Source: Octopus vulgaris
Lineage: Eukaryota
Reading direction: 5' to 3'
Length of the DNA: 64,000 nt
Assembly (NCBI GenBank): GCA_951406725.2
Contig: OX597831.1
Location: 74,648,001 to 74,712,000 of the forward strand
A model generated the notes under the pieces. The model had not been told where the DNA came from, searched no databases, and saw only the letters and a list, made by a program, of their open reading frames with translations. Every line of letters begins with the position of its first letter. The first letter of the stretch is position 1. A program made the position numbers and the translations under genes. Of the stretch, positions 26,510 to 41,345 are shown one piece after another.

Positions 26510-27044
26510 AACTATGACTGTGGTGGCGCTGCTGCAGGTGCTGCCACCGCTGCTGCTGCTGCTGCTGATGATGGTGTTGATGGTGGTGGTGTGATTATTG
26601 TTGTTGTTATTGTTGTTGTTGGTGGTGGTGGTGTTGGTGTTGACGGTGATGACGGACTTGTTCTTGGTTTTTTGGTAGTTGGAGGAGGCGCGCAGGTGAT
26701 GTTCTTTTTTGCTGTTGTTGTTGTTGTTGTTGTTGTTGTCGTCGGTGGTGAAATGGTGAAATTGATGCTGATTGTGGCAGAGGTGATGGCAACGGAGGTA
26801 GAGATAGCGGTGGCGGCGGCGGTGGTGGTGGCGGTGGCGGTGGTAGCGGTGGTGGCGGTAGTGGTACTGATGGTGGCGGCGGCGGCGGCTGTATCTCTCA
26901 GGACAATGAGGATGAAGATGATGGTGATGATGATGAAGACAACGACAATCAAGTGGTCGACGACGACGACGATGGTGATGATGATGATGATGATCATCAT
27001 CATCATCATGATCATGATCATGATGGTGGCGGTGGTGGTGGTGG

Positions 27045-27093
<49 letters not shown>

Positions 27094-27150
27094 GGTGATG
27101 ATGATGATGATGATGGTGATGGTGGTGGTGGTGGTGATGATGATGCTGCT

Positions 27151-27181
<31 letters not shown>

Positions 27182-27240
27182 ATGATCATGACAACGACGA
27201 TGACGGCGATAATGATGATGAGGATGATGATGATGATTTT
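26510..27240. repeat. Compound trinucleotide array (GCT/GGT/GTT/GCG/GAT)
   Basis: Directly visible; source of the poly-V/M/D/T ORFs. Confidence 0.95.
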
Positions 27241-27549
27241 TTTAAACTTTAAGTTAGAACTGATATAGCAGAATGAGATAACGCACCATTAACCAAATAA
27301 ATAAATAAATAAATAAATAATGCCGAGAAAAGACGCAGGGTGGAGTGGTGGCGGTGGCGGCGGTGGCGGCGGTGGCGCGGGGCGTAAGTGATGAGATCAT
27401 ATCTCAGGTATGCTGGGTCACACACAGAGAGGAGACAGGATTTAGACAAATGATCCGCTGTTCGTTGTGTAATGTATTGTAAACTTAGACATCGGCGGGG
27501 AACAGATGTTCACCAAACTATGATACTGTGTGTCGATATGGGTATGTAC

Positions 27550-27605
<56 letters not shown>

Positions 27606-27741
27606 GCATATATATATATATATATATATATGCATATATATGCATATATATACATACATGTATATATATATATACTTGTATATATATATACATATATATA
27701 TAAATATATATACATGTATATATATGTTTGTATATATGTAC

Positions 27742-27806
<65 letters not shown>

Positions 27807-27920
27807 CATACATATATATATATATTGTATATGATAAATGAAAGACAGAAGATGGAATATATATATATATATATATAGTGTGTGTGTGTGTGCTTCTATA
27901 TATATGTACGTGTGCGTGTC

Positions 27921-27960
<40 letters not shown>

Positions 27961-27970
27961 CATACATTTT

Positions 27971-28005
<35 letters not shown>

Positions 28006-28152
28006 GTAAATTATGAGAAGACTCACACACACACACAAAGGCGCACAAAGGCACACATGCATGTACATGGAGGGTGGGCCAAAATTCACGAACCTGTCTC
28101 AATAATTAATACGTTCTTAACTATTTGCTGAAAATTTACAATAACCCAATAT

Positions 28153-28229
<77 letters not shown>

Positions 28230-28232
<3 letters not shown>

Positions 28233-28590
28233 AAGTAATGGTGTCATTGAGACCCAAAGGTGTCAGGTAATGCGGAATAAGTGCTATAGACAAGGGTTCA
28301 ACTTTGGTCATATGTCAGCTTGTGTATATAAGAATATTTTGCGTAATGAGATAAAAACCAAGGCTGCGTAGATATTAGAACTTTTATAGATAGAAGGTCT
28401 TACAGCTGTTTCCAGGATTTTTACTAATTATAACCCTTCATCGGAGACGGTGTGAGAGGATTATATCCCCTCCGATGAAGGGATATAATTAGTAAATATC
28501 CTGGAAAAAGCTGTGAGACCTTCTGTCTATAAATGTTCTAATATCTACACAGCCTTGGTTTTTTATCTCATTACGCAAAAATTTCTTGTA

Positions 28591-28592
<2 letters not shown>
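28230..28592 (-). mobile_element. PLE pseudo-LTR fragment with inverted partial copy; arms ~28325-28446 and ~28471-28592
   Basis: gcgtaatgagataaaaaccaaggctgcgtagatattagaa pairs with ttctaatatctacacagccttggttttttatctcattacgc. Flanked by (TA)n; both arms carry a hammerhead-like motif. Confidence 0.85.
28397..28448 (-). ncRNA. Hammerhead motif with CCGAUGA core variant
   Basis: GTCT-CCGATGA-AGGGTT(loop)AATCCT-G-GAA-ACAGCTGT-A-AGAC: stems I and II pair, stem III is an 8-nt palindrome, triplet GUA. Confidence 0.7.
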
Positions 28593-28680
<88 letters not shown>

Positions 28681-28789
28681 AAGAAGAAGAAGAAGAAGGA
28701 GGAGGAGGAGGAGGAGGAGGAGGAGGAGAAGAAGAAGAAGAAGAAGAAGAAGAAGAAGAAGAAGAAGAAGAAGAAGAATGCGGGAATGC

Positions 28790-29172
28790 TATAATAGTAG
28801 TAGGATGTTGAATGGTCAAGTGCCCTGAAAGTGACTTGTAGTGGATGGCAGTAGTGATTGGATTCTTAAGATATCTCTTTTGAATGTATTGTTTATAATA
28901 TTTGTGTAGGTGTTATTCTAAACAGCAATAGTGGTAAAGTAAGGAAGGAGGTGGCGGAGAGGAAGAAGAAGAAGAAGAAGAAGGAGAAAGATAAGGGAGA
29001 ATAAGAAAGGAATGTAAGTGGTATGATAGTTGTGGGGTGTTAAATGGCCAAGTGACCTAAAAGTGTCTCGTTATGGATTATAGCAGTGATTGGAACTGTT
29101 TTTTAATGAATTCTTGAGAATCTCTTGAGTGTATCCTTTTTAATATTTGCGTGTGTGTTTGTGTTATTCTAA
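28790..29172. repeat. Diverged tandem duplication in the 3' region of the 29-kb PLE
   Basis: atggtcaagtgccctgaaagtg...gtgttattctaa (28812-28921) recurs as atggccaagtgacctaaaagtg...gtgttattctaa (29044-29172). Confidence 0.75.
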
Positions 29173-30093
29173 GTCCGTGGTGGATATGTCGTTTGTTGTA
29201 GATGCGTTCAAAAGGGGTCTGTATTTTTTAATAAAGAGAGTCTCTTTATTAATTCGTTGGCTACAGGTTGTATCGTCCCTGAATTGGTACAGGGGGAAAT
29301 TCTGAAGCTTGGATTTTTGTTATTGGATCAAATGTCGATGTGTAGGCTGAATGCTGTTTTTCTGTTTTGGGGATTTTAATCTGGGATCTGTGCAGTGCCA
29401 TCCTTTTACGTAGACTGTTTTTTGTTTGGACTATGTATTGCTCTTGACACTCAGAGCAGGTTAGTTTGTATATCAGGTTCTCCGAAGCACACGCGAAGCT
29501 GCTTTTCACTGTGAAACGTTGTCCCTGTTTGAAGGAAAACTCTAATCCCTCAATTAAATTGACGCATATCCCACAGTTGGGTCTTCCGCATTATTTTACT
29601 GACGGCTTCTGTGTTGTTGAGCGTATTCGGGCTTGTGTTAGGAGACTTTTTATAGATTTGGGTTGTCTCTTGCTTTTTATGATGGTGTGTGTTTGGAGGA
29701 TTAAGTTCATTCTGTGGTCCATTTTTAGCAGGGGAATGTTTTGAAGGATAGTGTCGAAGGCTTCATTGTTAAGAGGGTTGTGTGTGGAGATGTATGGTAG
29801 GGCTTTTGGTTGTAAATCCTTCTTTAATATGGGATGTTTCTGAGTTCGTGGATGTTGAGTTGTAGGGCACGTTGAAAGCATATGTCAATTAGTGAAGGTG
29901 GGTAGTTCCTGGTGATGAGTGTATCCTTTAGTTCATGTAATCCTGGGTCCCTGGTGCTTGCATTAGAAACTATAGTACATATCCTTTTTGCTAGGTTGAA
30001 GGGAATGTTAATTCTGGTGTGTCTGGGGTAGCATGAGTTGAACGGTAGATATTGCTTGGAGTCCGTAGGCTTATAGTATATATCTGTTTCTAT
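29164..30093 (-). mobile_element. Naiad-like PLE thumb + linker + GIY-YIG, degenerate
   Basis: [21 protein letters not shown]...LPYISTHNP...KRQPKSIKSLLT...VK*CGRPNCGIC...NLIYKLTCSECQEQYIVQT...H...HIDI*...RINKETLFIKKYRPLLN, with several frameshifts. Confidence 0.9.
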
Positions 30094-30117
30094 TACATAT
30101 ATATATGTACATGTATG

Positions 30118-30189
<72 letters not shown>

Positions 30190-30276
30190 CAAGCATATAT
30201 ATATATTATTTTATATATATATATATAATATATATATATACACGCACACACACATATATTTATATATATATAATAA

Positions 30277-30307
<31 letters not shown>

Positions 30308-30318
30308 ATATTATATTT

Positions 30319-30427
<109 letters not shown>

Positions 30428-30435
30428 TACATATC

Positions 30436-30476
<41 letters not shown>

Positions 30477-30534
30477 AAATATATAATGTATATATAATAT
30501 ATGCATATGTAAATATATATATACACATATATAT

Positions 30535-30865
30535 TTTTTCACACCTCACCTTGGACTTTTCACCCCCTCATCATGCTTTTCACCCTCTCCTAGGACTTTT
30601 CACACCACGAATTGTTGGGCGAAAAACTTGAGGAGGTGAAAAGCCCGACTATGGGGGTATAAAGCCCGACGAGGGGGGGTGAAAATCCCGAGGAGGGGTA
30701 AAAAACCCGACTGGGGTGTGAAAACTCCAACAAGGGGTGAAAAGTCTGAGGCGGAGTGTGAAAAGCCCGATGAGGGGGCGAAAAGCCCGACTATGGGTGA
30801 AAAGCCCGAGCAGGGTGATGAACAGTCCGAGGAACGGGGTGAAAATCTCAAGTAGGATGTGAAAT
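30535..30865. repeat. ~20-bp modular repeat array in two opposed orientations
   Basis: About 12 units like GTGAAAAGCCCGA-N3-4-GGGG at 30618-30865; about 3 reverse-complement units (cttttcaccc) at 30535-30606. Confidence 0.85.
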
Positions 30866-30884
30866 GTTTGTGTATATGTTTTAT

Positions 30885-31196
30885 TAGTCGAATGAATCGA
30901 CCCCTGTACTCAGTTTTAGTTAGGCCTAATACTTATTCAATTGACTCCTTTTGCCGATCCGCTAAGTTATGAGGACGTAAACACTCCAACACTGGTTGTC
31001 AAGCGGTGTTAGAGACAAACAAACATACACACGCGTACACAGATAGACAGGATCACACACACATATACAACGGGCTTCTTTCAGTTTCCGTCAACCAAAT
31101 TCACTCACAAGGCCTTTGTCGGCCCGAGGGTATAGTAGAAGACACTTGGCCAAAGTGCCAACAGTAGAACTTAACATACATAGCCACGGCTGCGCC
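30885..31196 (-). mobile_element. SINE family A, diverged
   Basis: ggttgtcaagcgg, cgggcttctttcagtttccgtc and tagtagaagacactt blocks present. Confidence 0.85.
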
Positions 31197-31691
31197 AATT
31201 CTTACTACACTGCCATAAGTTGTAATAATGAAGTCAAACTAAACTGTGAGATCATTTAATATGCCCATATCGGGTGTGCGTTATGTATAGTAGGAAATAG
31301 GTCAATTATGTAAACCTTCCTCAGTTATAGCAATTCAAAATGGTTTAGATTCCACTGATGCAGATATTCTACTAACGATTTGCGAAGGTTTGTTATATCT
31401 GTCTCGAGTCGAAAATTCAGGTACCATGCACCGCCTCTTAGCAAAACCATGAATAAAAATGTGTGTGTGCGTGTGTGTGTATGTGTGCGATAATAAAAGT
31501 GCTGTAAGATACATGCAAATATATTATGTATATATGTGTGTATGTGTGTGTGTGTGTATGTGTGTGTGTGTGTGTTACAAAGTGCAGATATTACCCGAAA
31601 TAGAACTCAAAACTTTGGGCAGAGAACATTAGAAATGGTGTATTATATCAAAATAATTTGGTAATAATATTTTAAACCCATATGAAAACAT

Positions 31692-31741
<50 letters not shown>

Positions 31742-31839
31742 CCGCATACAGCAGATACATTCATACAAAGACACATGCACGCGTTCACATCTACAAACGC
31801 ATGATTCTGGTTTAATAAGCGCAAGCGCGCGAGTATGCA

Positions 31840-31927
<88 letters not shown>

Positions 31928-32045
31928 TGTAATTTATATATGTGTGATTGTTAAAATATTTGTGTGAGTGTAAATGTATCTCAAAGATACATTACTGATG
32001 ATGCATCCGAGAGAATCTGCAAGATGTATCGCGAAACTATATATG

Positions 32046-32092
<47 letters not shown>

Positions 32093-32122
32093 GTGTATGT
32101 TAATGTAAACTGGTGTTTATAT

Positions 32123-32158
<36 letters not shown>

Positions 32159-32298
32159 TTTATTTAAAGCAGCAGAAAATTCAACAAAACCAAATTACTC
32201 TGAGTTTCACATTGCCGCTCGTCGGACAGTTTATATATACAGACACATGTATACATATACATATGTGTGTGTATATATACATATACATTGGTGTATGC

Positions 32299-32421
<123 letters not shown>

Positions 32422-32429
32422 GATATTGG

Positions 32430-32790
32430 TGGAGGCGCAATGGCCCGGTGGTTAGGGCAGCAGACTGGCGATCGTACGTTTACGGTTTTGATTGCCAGAC
32501 CGGCCTTTGTGAGTGTTTATTGAACGAAAACACCTAATGTTCCCACGAGACTCCGACATGGGGTGGTTGCGAACCCTGCTGTACTCTTTCCCCCACAACT
32601 TTCTCTCACTCTTTGTGTTGTACCTGCATTTGAAAGGGCCAGCCTTGTCACACTCTGTGTCACGCTGAATCTCCCCGAGAACTACGTCAATGGCACACGT
32701 GTCTGTGGAGTACTCAGCCACTTGAGCGTTAATTTCACGAAGAGGCTGTTCCGTTGATCGGATCAACTGGGACCGACGGAGTACTACGAT
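32430..32790 (+). mobile_element. tRNA-derived SINE (family D)
   Basis: ggaggcgcaatggcccggtggttagggcagc head with A-box, followed by a complex body. Confidence 0.65.
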
Positions 32791-32859
32791 GGTGTGTGTG
32801 TGCGTGCGTGGGTGTGTGTGTGCGTGCGTGCGTGTGTGTGTATATACACATATACATGT

Positions 32860-33297
32860 AGGCGTAGGAGTGGCTGTGTGGTAAGTAGCTTGCTTGCGAA
32901 TCACATGGATCCGGGTTCAGTCCCACTGCATGGCACCTTGGGCAAGTGTCTTCTACTATAGCCTCGGGCCGACCAAAGCCTTGTGAGTGGATTTGGTAGA
33001 CGGAAACTGAAAGAAGCCCGTCGTATATATGTATATATATGTATATATATGTATATATATGTATATATATGTATGTGTGTGTATATGTTTGTGTGTCTGT
33101 GTTTATCCCCCAACGTCGCTTGACAACCGATGCTGGTGTGTTCTCGTAACTTAGCGGTTCGGCAAAAGAGACCGAAAGAATAAGTACTAGGTTTACAAAG
33201 AATAAGTCCTGGGGTCGATTTGCTCGACTAAAGGCGGTGCTCCAGCATGGCCACAGTCAAATGACTGAAACAAATGAAAGAGTAAAGAGTAAAAGAG
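32860..33297 (+). mobile_element. SINE family A, full length
   Basis: Collinear with 19377-19782; (AGTAAAG)-type tail. Confidence 0.92.
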
Positions 33298-33619
33298 TGT
33301 ATATATATATATAGCTAAAGGATTAAAATTAGTCAAAGGGCATACTAGGTATATATCTACCTGCTGGAAATAAGTCAAAACTCTTATTTAAATCGCCGAA
33401 ATACACTGATAATTACTACAGAAATCAACCGTGCGAAGGCAAACGGGCCATGGCAATCTCTAAGCATACATTCAAGTATTTGGACTCACGTGGACCGGTT
33501 TCTGGACAGGCATTATAGCCTCACTTTCCTCAGCACGCGTTACCATGATAGAGAGCCCCAACCCGTCGTGTTGAAGTCTTCTCAAAACGAATCGGAATAT
33601 ATATATTAATTTTTTAAAT

Positions 33620-34940
<1,321 letters not shown>

Positions 34941-35534
34941 ACATTATATATACATATATAGTATACATAACCTCGTGTATATTTCTGTAGCCGTGTGTGC
35001 GTGTATACGTGTGTTAGTGTATGTACGTGCCTTTGCCAGAGCGGGTGACCGGGGACCGAATCCTCAAATCTTTGCCACTGCACTTTACTTGCTAACATTT
35101 TCTTATCAAAATACGAAATGAGATTTTAGATAAATTCGTTCAGGTTTCTCTGTTTTTTTTTTTGTTTTTACATCGTTTATTTGCTTTTGGATTCTTCCCT
35201 TACGTCTGCCAAAACGCATCACATGTACAGGCACACAGACATATAAGTATGTTTGTGTGTGAGTGTGTGCGTGTGGGGCGTGTATGGGTGTGTGTGTGAG
35301 TGTTTGTGTCCGTATGTGTGTGCGTGTGCATCTGTGTGTGTGCGTGCACGCGTGCATGTGTGTGTGTGTGTACACGCGTATGTGTGTGTGTGTGTGTGTG
35401 CACGCGCGTGTATGTGTATGCGTGTGTGTGCACGCGCTTGTATGTGTGTGTGCGTGTGTGTGTGTGCGTGTATGTGTCTGCATGCGCGCGCACGTGTGTG
35501 TATGTGTGTGCGTGCATGCGTGTGCGTGTGTGTA

Positions 35535-35569
<35 letters not shown>

Positions 35570-35714
35570 GTGTACATAAATACATTCAGACATATTCTTT
35601 TATTTCATAATTCTTTGGGGTGTTTGAGTCATTGGACTGCGGCCATTTCAATCGCTTGACCGAGCCTGAACCGGGGGCGTTTTTCAGAGGAGCCTGTGAA
35701 ATTTTAAGTATTCT

Positions 35715-36104
35715 ATTCTTTTGTTCTTTTATTTGCTTCAGTCATTTTAACTGCGGCCATGCTGGAGCACCGTCTCTAAACGAACAAATCGACCCCAGGA
35801 CTTATTCTTTCTAAGCCTAATACTTGTTCTGTCGGTCATTCATTGCCGAAACTCTAAGTGACGGAGTGGGGGGAGGCAAACACAGACACACAAACATTGA
35901 TATATACATACATACATACACTCACACACATATATATATATACATATATACGACGAGCTTCTTTCAGTTTCCGTCTGCCAAATCCACTCACAAGTCTTTG
36001 GTGGGCCCGATGTTATAGTAGAAGGCATTTGCCCAAGGTTCCATGCAGTGGGACTGAACCCGGAACCATGTGGTTGGTTAGCAAGCTACTTACCACACAG
36101 CCAC
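35715..36104 (-). mobile_element. SINE family A
   Basis: Reverse complement of the family A consensus. Confidence 0.88.
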
Positions 36105-36394
36105 TGTATATATAGTTACTCATATGTTTACACACGTAGGTTTACGTATATATACCTGCATACAAAAACACACACATACGCACTCATATATATATCTCAC
36201 ACATATATATACACACATGTATATATGTGTGTGTGTTTGTACGATTATACATATACACATACATACACACACACACTCAGACACAGATACACACGCACAC
36301 ACATATTTTATGTGTATTCTGTATGTTAGCTAAAATTTGATATAATTCATCGAATCGAATCACACACATACACACATACAAAGACATATTCTTT

Positions 36395-36730
36395 TCCTCT
36401 CTAGACGCATGGCCCGAAATTTTTGGAGAGGGGCCAGTCGATTAGATCGACCCCAGTATGCAACCGATGTTTAATTTATCGAGCCCGAAAGGATAAAAGG
36501 CGAAGTCGACCTCGGTGGAATTTGAACTCAGAACGTAAAGACGGATGAAATACCTATTTCTTTATTACCACAAGGGGCTAAACACAGAGGGACAAACAAG
36601 GACAGACATAGGTATTAAGTCGATTACATCGTCCCCAGTGCGAAACTGGTACTTTATTTATCGACCCCGAAAGGATGAAAGGCAAAGTCGCATCGCCATG
36701 CGTGCTAACGTTTCTGCCATCTCGCCGCCC
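36395..36730 (-). mobile_element. SINE family B, dimeric form
   Basis: Same linker as 18410-18802. Confidence 0.85.
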
Positions 36731-36879
36731 TACATACCAAGACATATCGTCTCTCAATATCTGTGCATCTACACGTTCATAAATGCGTATTCCTGCAGAT
36801 TCATGTTGCTTTTCTTCTTTAAAAGAAGTTATTTGATGTCTTTTATAAAAAAGGAACTGGTTCCTAAGAAAAATACGCT

Positions 36880-37728
36880 TGCTGAAGATAAGTTTAATTT
36901 GATCGACTTTGGAAAAGAGGATACCCTCAAACTACCATATGCCCTTCCCTCGGGCGATTCCTTATTGTCATCCAGCAACACCAGAGACCTTGGAGTAATT
37001 GTTGATAACAATCTAAGCTGGAGTTCCCACATAAACAGCAAGGTTGACTTGGCCCGCAAGATGTGCTCCTGGATTCTGAGAACTTTCTGGTCTAGAGATG
37101 CCTACATCATCATCCTTCTCTACTCTACTTTTGCCCGAACCCACTTTGAATACTGTTGCCCATTGTGGTCCCCTCATACGAAGCAACTCATTGTGAAAAA
37201 AGGAAGCACCCCAAAGGTCGATAACAAGAAAGATAGACAGCATGAGAGGCATTGATTATTGGGGTCGACTAAATAACTCAATCTCTACTCTCTCCAGTAC
37301 CACCAGGAGCAGTACATCATTTGTGTGATGTGGAAGATAACCCATCAATATTGCACAAATGATGTTGGCATCAATTTTAAAATCACCCAAAAGTCGTCCC
37401 CCGTGCTATCCGCCCACTACAAAAATCGAACTCAGGACACATAAAAATATTACGTCACAACTACTTTACCTCAACCGGTCCAGCTCTCTTTAATACCATA
37501 CCAAAATACGTCAAAACGAAAACGGATCCCATAAAATTCAAACGTTCATTGGTCAAATTTCGTTAAAAAGTCCTGGAACAACCTCCTCCACCCAGATATG
37601 TCTCCGACAATAATAACCTTTTGCTAGAGTGGGCCATGGTGCCCTATATATGACTAAAAGACTTCCCCAGGCTGTGCTATTAAGTTAGACATGGCATGGG
37701 CCTATACTGGCCGAAACCTATCAAAGTT
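36880..37728 (+). mobile_element. CR1/L2-group LINE: RT C-terminus and 3' UTR
   Basis: RDLGVIVDNNLSWSSHIN...ARKMCSWILRTF...LLYSTFARTHFEYCCPLWSPH...DYWGRL..LNLYSLQ, with frameshifts downstream. Confidence 0.88.
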
Positions 37729-37744
37729 ATATATATATATATAT

Positions 37745-38190
37745 AGCAGAATTAGAGAAGAAATTCCAGGTATTGACATAAAACCTGGAATCAAAGGGCC
37801 TCAAAGTTAACCTAGCTAAGACAAAAGTAGTAGTTAGTAAGAAAGAAGACAAAACTTTCTTTCCATTCGCTGCACCCAGTGTAAACTATGGACACATAAG
37901 AGGTGTAGTGATATCACATGTAGATTAACAGGTAGAGTAGTCTTTATATGTGGTAGATGTGCAGGAAGAATAAGCACCAAGAGCAGAGTGGGCTTAGATT
38001 CTCTCAAATGCCCAGGAGGCTCTCTTGAGGTTGTAAATAGTTTCTGTTACCTTGGTGACCAAATTAGCAATGGTGGAAGATGCTCTGAAAGTATTGTTTC
38101 TAGAATAAGAATAGAGTGAAGAAAGTTCAGAGAGCTATTACCTCTGTTGGCAACAAAAGGCCTCTCTCTCTCTCTCTCTTTCTCTCTCTT

Positions 38191-38240
<50 letters not shown>

Positions 38241-38425
38241 CTCTGAATGAAAGGTAGACTGTATGATGCTTGTGTGCGAATGGCTATACTCCATGTCAGT
38301 GAGACATGGGCTCTGAATGCTGAAGACATGCATAGACTGGAGAGAAACGAAGGAAGTATGCTCCGTTGCATGTGCAACATCAGTGCACATGTACGACAAA
38401 GTGCAGATGTATTGAGAGAAAAGTT
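37745..38425 (+). mobile_element. RTE-group LINE RT fragment with a Cys/His-rich insert and a (CT)n expansion
   Basis: LESKGLKVNLAKTKVV...SIRCTQCKLWTHKRCS...FICGRC...LEVVNSFCYLGD...KGRLYDACVRMAILHVSETW...LERNEGSMLRCMC. Confidence 0.85.
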
Positions 38426-39136
38426 CTTGGGAAAACCCTCCCACGTCAGTGAAACTGAGTTCTAGAAGCGCTGTGTGTCCCACCCACACTTAACAAGAAA
38501 ACTTCGCATACATTCTACCAAAACGAACTAAATGAACTACACTCCTCTTCCTCACATTTTCGCTTTATGCACTATGATTACCTCCGCTCACCAATCTAGT
38601 CCACTTGGCCCAGTGCCACTGTATCTTTGCTCTCTGCTTACCTCCGACCAGTAGGTTTTACCCACATGCCTTGCCTCATTCTATTATTGCCATCTGCTAG
38701 CCACCGACCTGGGTGTTGCACCCAAACGTAACAAGAAAAATTTTCCCTCACATCATCCCAACAAACCAATCTACATCTCTTCACTTTCTCGCATTTCCTA
38801 CTTCATTCACTATACTTAGCTCTCACTCCCCAATCCTGTCCTCACACCCCTGTTCTTCTGTATCATTGCTATCCAGTAGCCCCTCCAACTCTATATATAC
38901 CCAGGTCTTTCGCCACTTGCTCGCACTCTTTAATCGCTCCCCCCCTTTGCAGTATCCTGTCACTTATAGCATTTGAACCTCAAAGGTATGCCTTGGCACT
39001 TGCCACTTTCTATATCTTTCTCTTTTCCTCTACTCAACCATCTCATTTATACTCTGATCCCCGTTCCCTGTGAGTATGCCCGGCATTTTGCCACCATCTT
39101 CACCCTGAGGTCTCCCACTCTGTCTCTCTCTAACTC

Positions 39137-39170
<34 letters not shown>

Positions 39171-39354
39171 CCTTCTCTTGCACTTCCCTAAGGTTGGGCA
39201 ACCGTGTATTTTCTTTGCGGTAGCACACCTGTTTCTGTCTTTATTCCTGATCTTTCTCTCTCCGGCCAGGTAACCTCTACAGCAAGACACCTGTATTTGT
39301 CTCACTATAACCTTTTCATCATCATCTCCTGCTCCAATGCCTCCCACCTCTTAA

Positions 39355-39620
39355 AAGTTTCTGTCTTGCAAGTACTTGGTGAACCTATCAGTGCAGGTGT
39401 CACTTAAAAAGCATCCAGTCCATAATGTGAAGTGGTTGGTGTTCGGAAGGGCATCCAACTGTAAAAACTTTGTCAAAACTGACCTCACCTGTGCTTGTGC
39501 CACATAAAAAGCACTAAGTCCACTCTGCTGGGTGGTTGGTGTTAGGAAGGGCATCTAACTGTAAATATACTGCCAAAACAGTCACAGAAGTCTGGTGCAG
39601 GCTTCGGCCTGGCCGGCTCG
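39355..39620 (+). mobile_element. Retroposon fragment with an internal tandem duplication
   Basis: gtggttggtgttMggaagggcatcYaactgtaaa occurs twice (39432 and 39532). Confidence 0.55.
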
Positions 39621-39831
39621 TCTAGTCTGACAACTGGAACGATCTCTATCAGACTGACAGAGACGAATATATTGTGAGAAGATAAGATTGTGAGCCTTAG
39701 ATCTGTCTGTCTATCTGTCTGTCAAATTGTCTGTCTGACCCTCAGTACGAATGTGATTATATCTATTTGTGATCTATCTCCTCTCCCTCATATTAATGCA
39801 TACACATACATATACATACATACATACACAA

Positions 39832-39893
<62 letters not shown>

Positions 39894-40343
39894 ACATATA
39901 TATATATATATACAAACATATACATATAGACATAAATATATATATATATATATAAAGATATATATATATATATGCATGTATATACACACACACATATATA
40001 TATGTACATACATATACATATACACATATATATATATAGATATAGATATATACATATATATATAAAAATGCATATATATATACATGTATATATATACATA
40101 TATATATCTATGCACATATATATCTATACGTATATATATATATATATATACACACACATATATATATACATATACTTATACATATATATATATATATATA
40201 TATATAAATATATGTTTCTGTCCATGTATTATGTATATTTATCTCATTATAAATAGGTAACATTAAAAGCCATTTGAAATGCACTATAAGTCATAACCGA
40301 ATCGGTATTTGGCCGTCACCTCCCCTTCCAGTTCAAACAATAT

Positions 40344-40429
<86 letters not shown>

Positions 40430-40430
40430 C

Positions 40431-40476
<46 letters not shown>

Positions 40477-41257
40477 TTTTCCTTTTTTACTAGAGTCAGA
40501 AGAAGGCCCTAAGTACCCATAACCTCTGGGAACCCTCCGGGACTGGTCTGATTGATCGATGATACAGTTGATGTTTCAGCTTGAACATCTGTCTGTAGAT
40601 CGCTGTCTGATAGACGAGAACCATGAACTGTAACAACAGCAAAAATCCTTTATATTTCCAAAGATTTGAACAGCTGTGGTGAGAAACGGGTGGCGTGTTC
40701 TACTTCAGGCAGAGGGATTTCAACTGAGGTTTGCAGAATGATGGAAGTTAGAAGAGCTTAAATGAAGAGAGTATGTAGCTAGCTATCCCAGAAATGCGGG
40801 GACGTTTTTATTCGTAGAGTAAAAGACATGGAGAAGGATCATTAATTCTATGAGTTAAAGCATTTTCGAGCTTCAAGCTTTTCTGATGAGTCAACTGGTT
40901 TTCTTTGGGAAGTAGTCTATGTTATTCTTCACAAATACTTAATATTTATATTTCAATCATAAAGCAAAGAAACATTGCTTGAAAATATTGTTATTTATAA
41001 CTAAACACTGTCTAAATAATTATTTAACGATATACCTTAGTGGGAAAATAGTCATATATAATACCTTGTAATATATTGTTAAAAGAACTCTTATTCGGGA
41101 AAAGGCCGAAGTCTACCCCCCAAGACTTCTTCTAATAACTGTTTTTCTTTCCTTTCGTATGGCAGGTGCGACAGTAATCTAACTTCATAATATTAATTAT
41201 AATTGACGTCTTCTAAACCTTATGTTAATATTAATGAGCAATATGCCAAAAGGAGTC

Positions 41258-41288
<31 letters not shown>

Positions 41289-41292
41289 GGAA

Positions 41293-41345
<53 letters not shown>

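Noticed and set aside
30535-30865. CRISPR-like array
   Set aside because: Units abut with only a few variable bases, there are no 25-45 nt unique spacers or cas genes, and the context is eukaryotic.
36545-37255. 236-aa ORF as a host gene
   Set aside because: A chance fusion of antisense SINE, spacer and LINE RT fragment.
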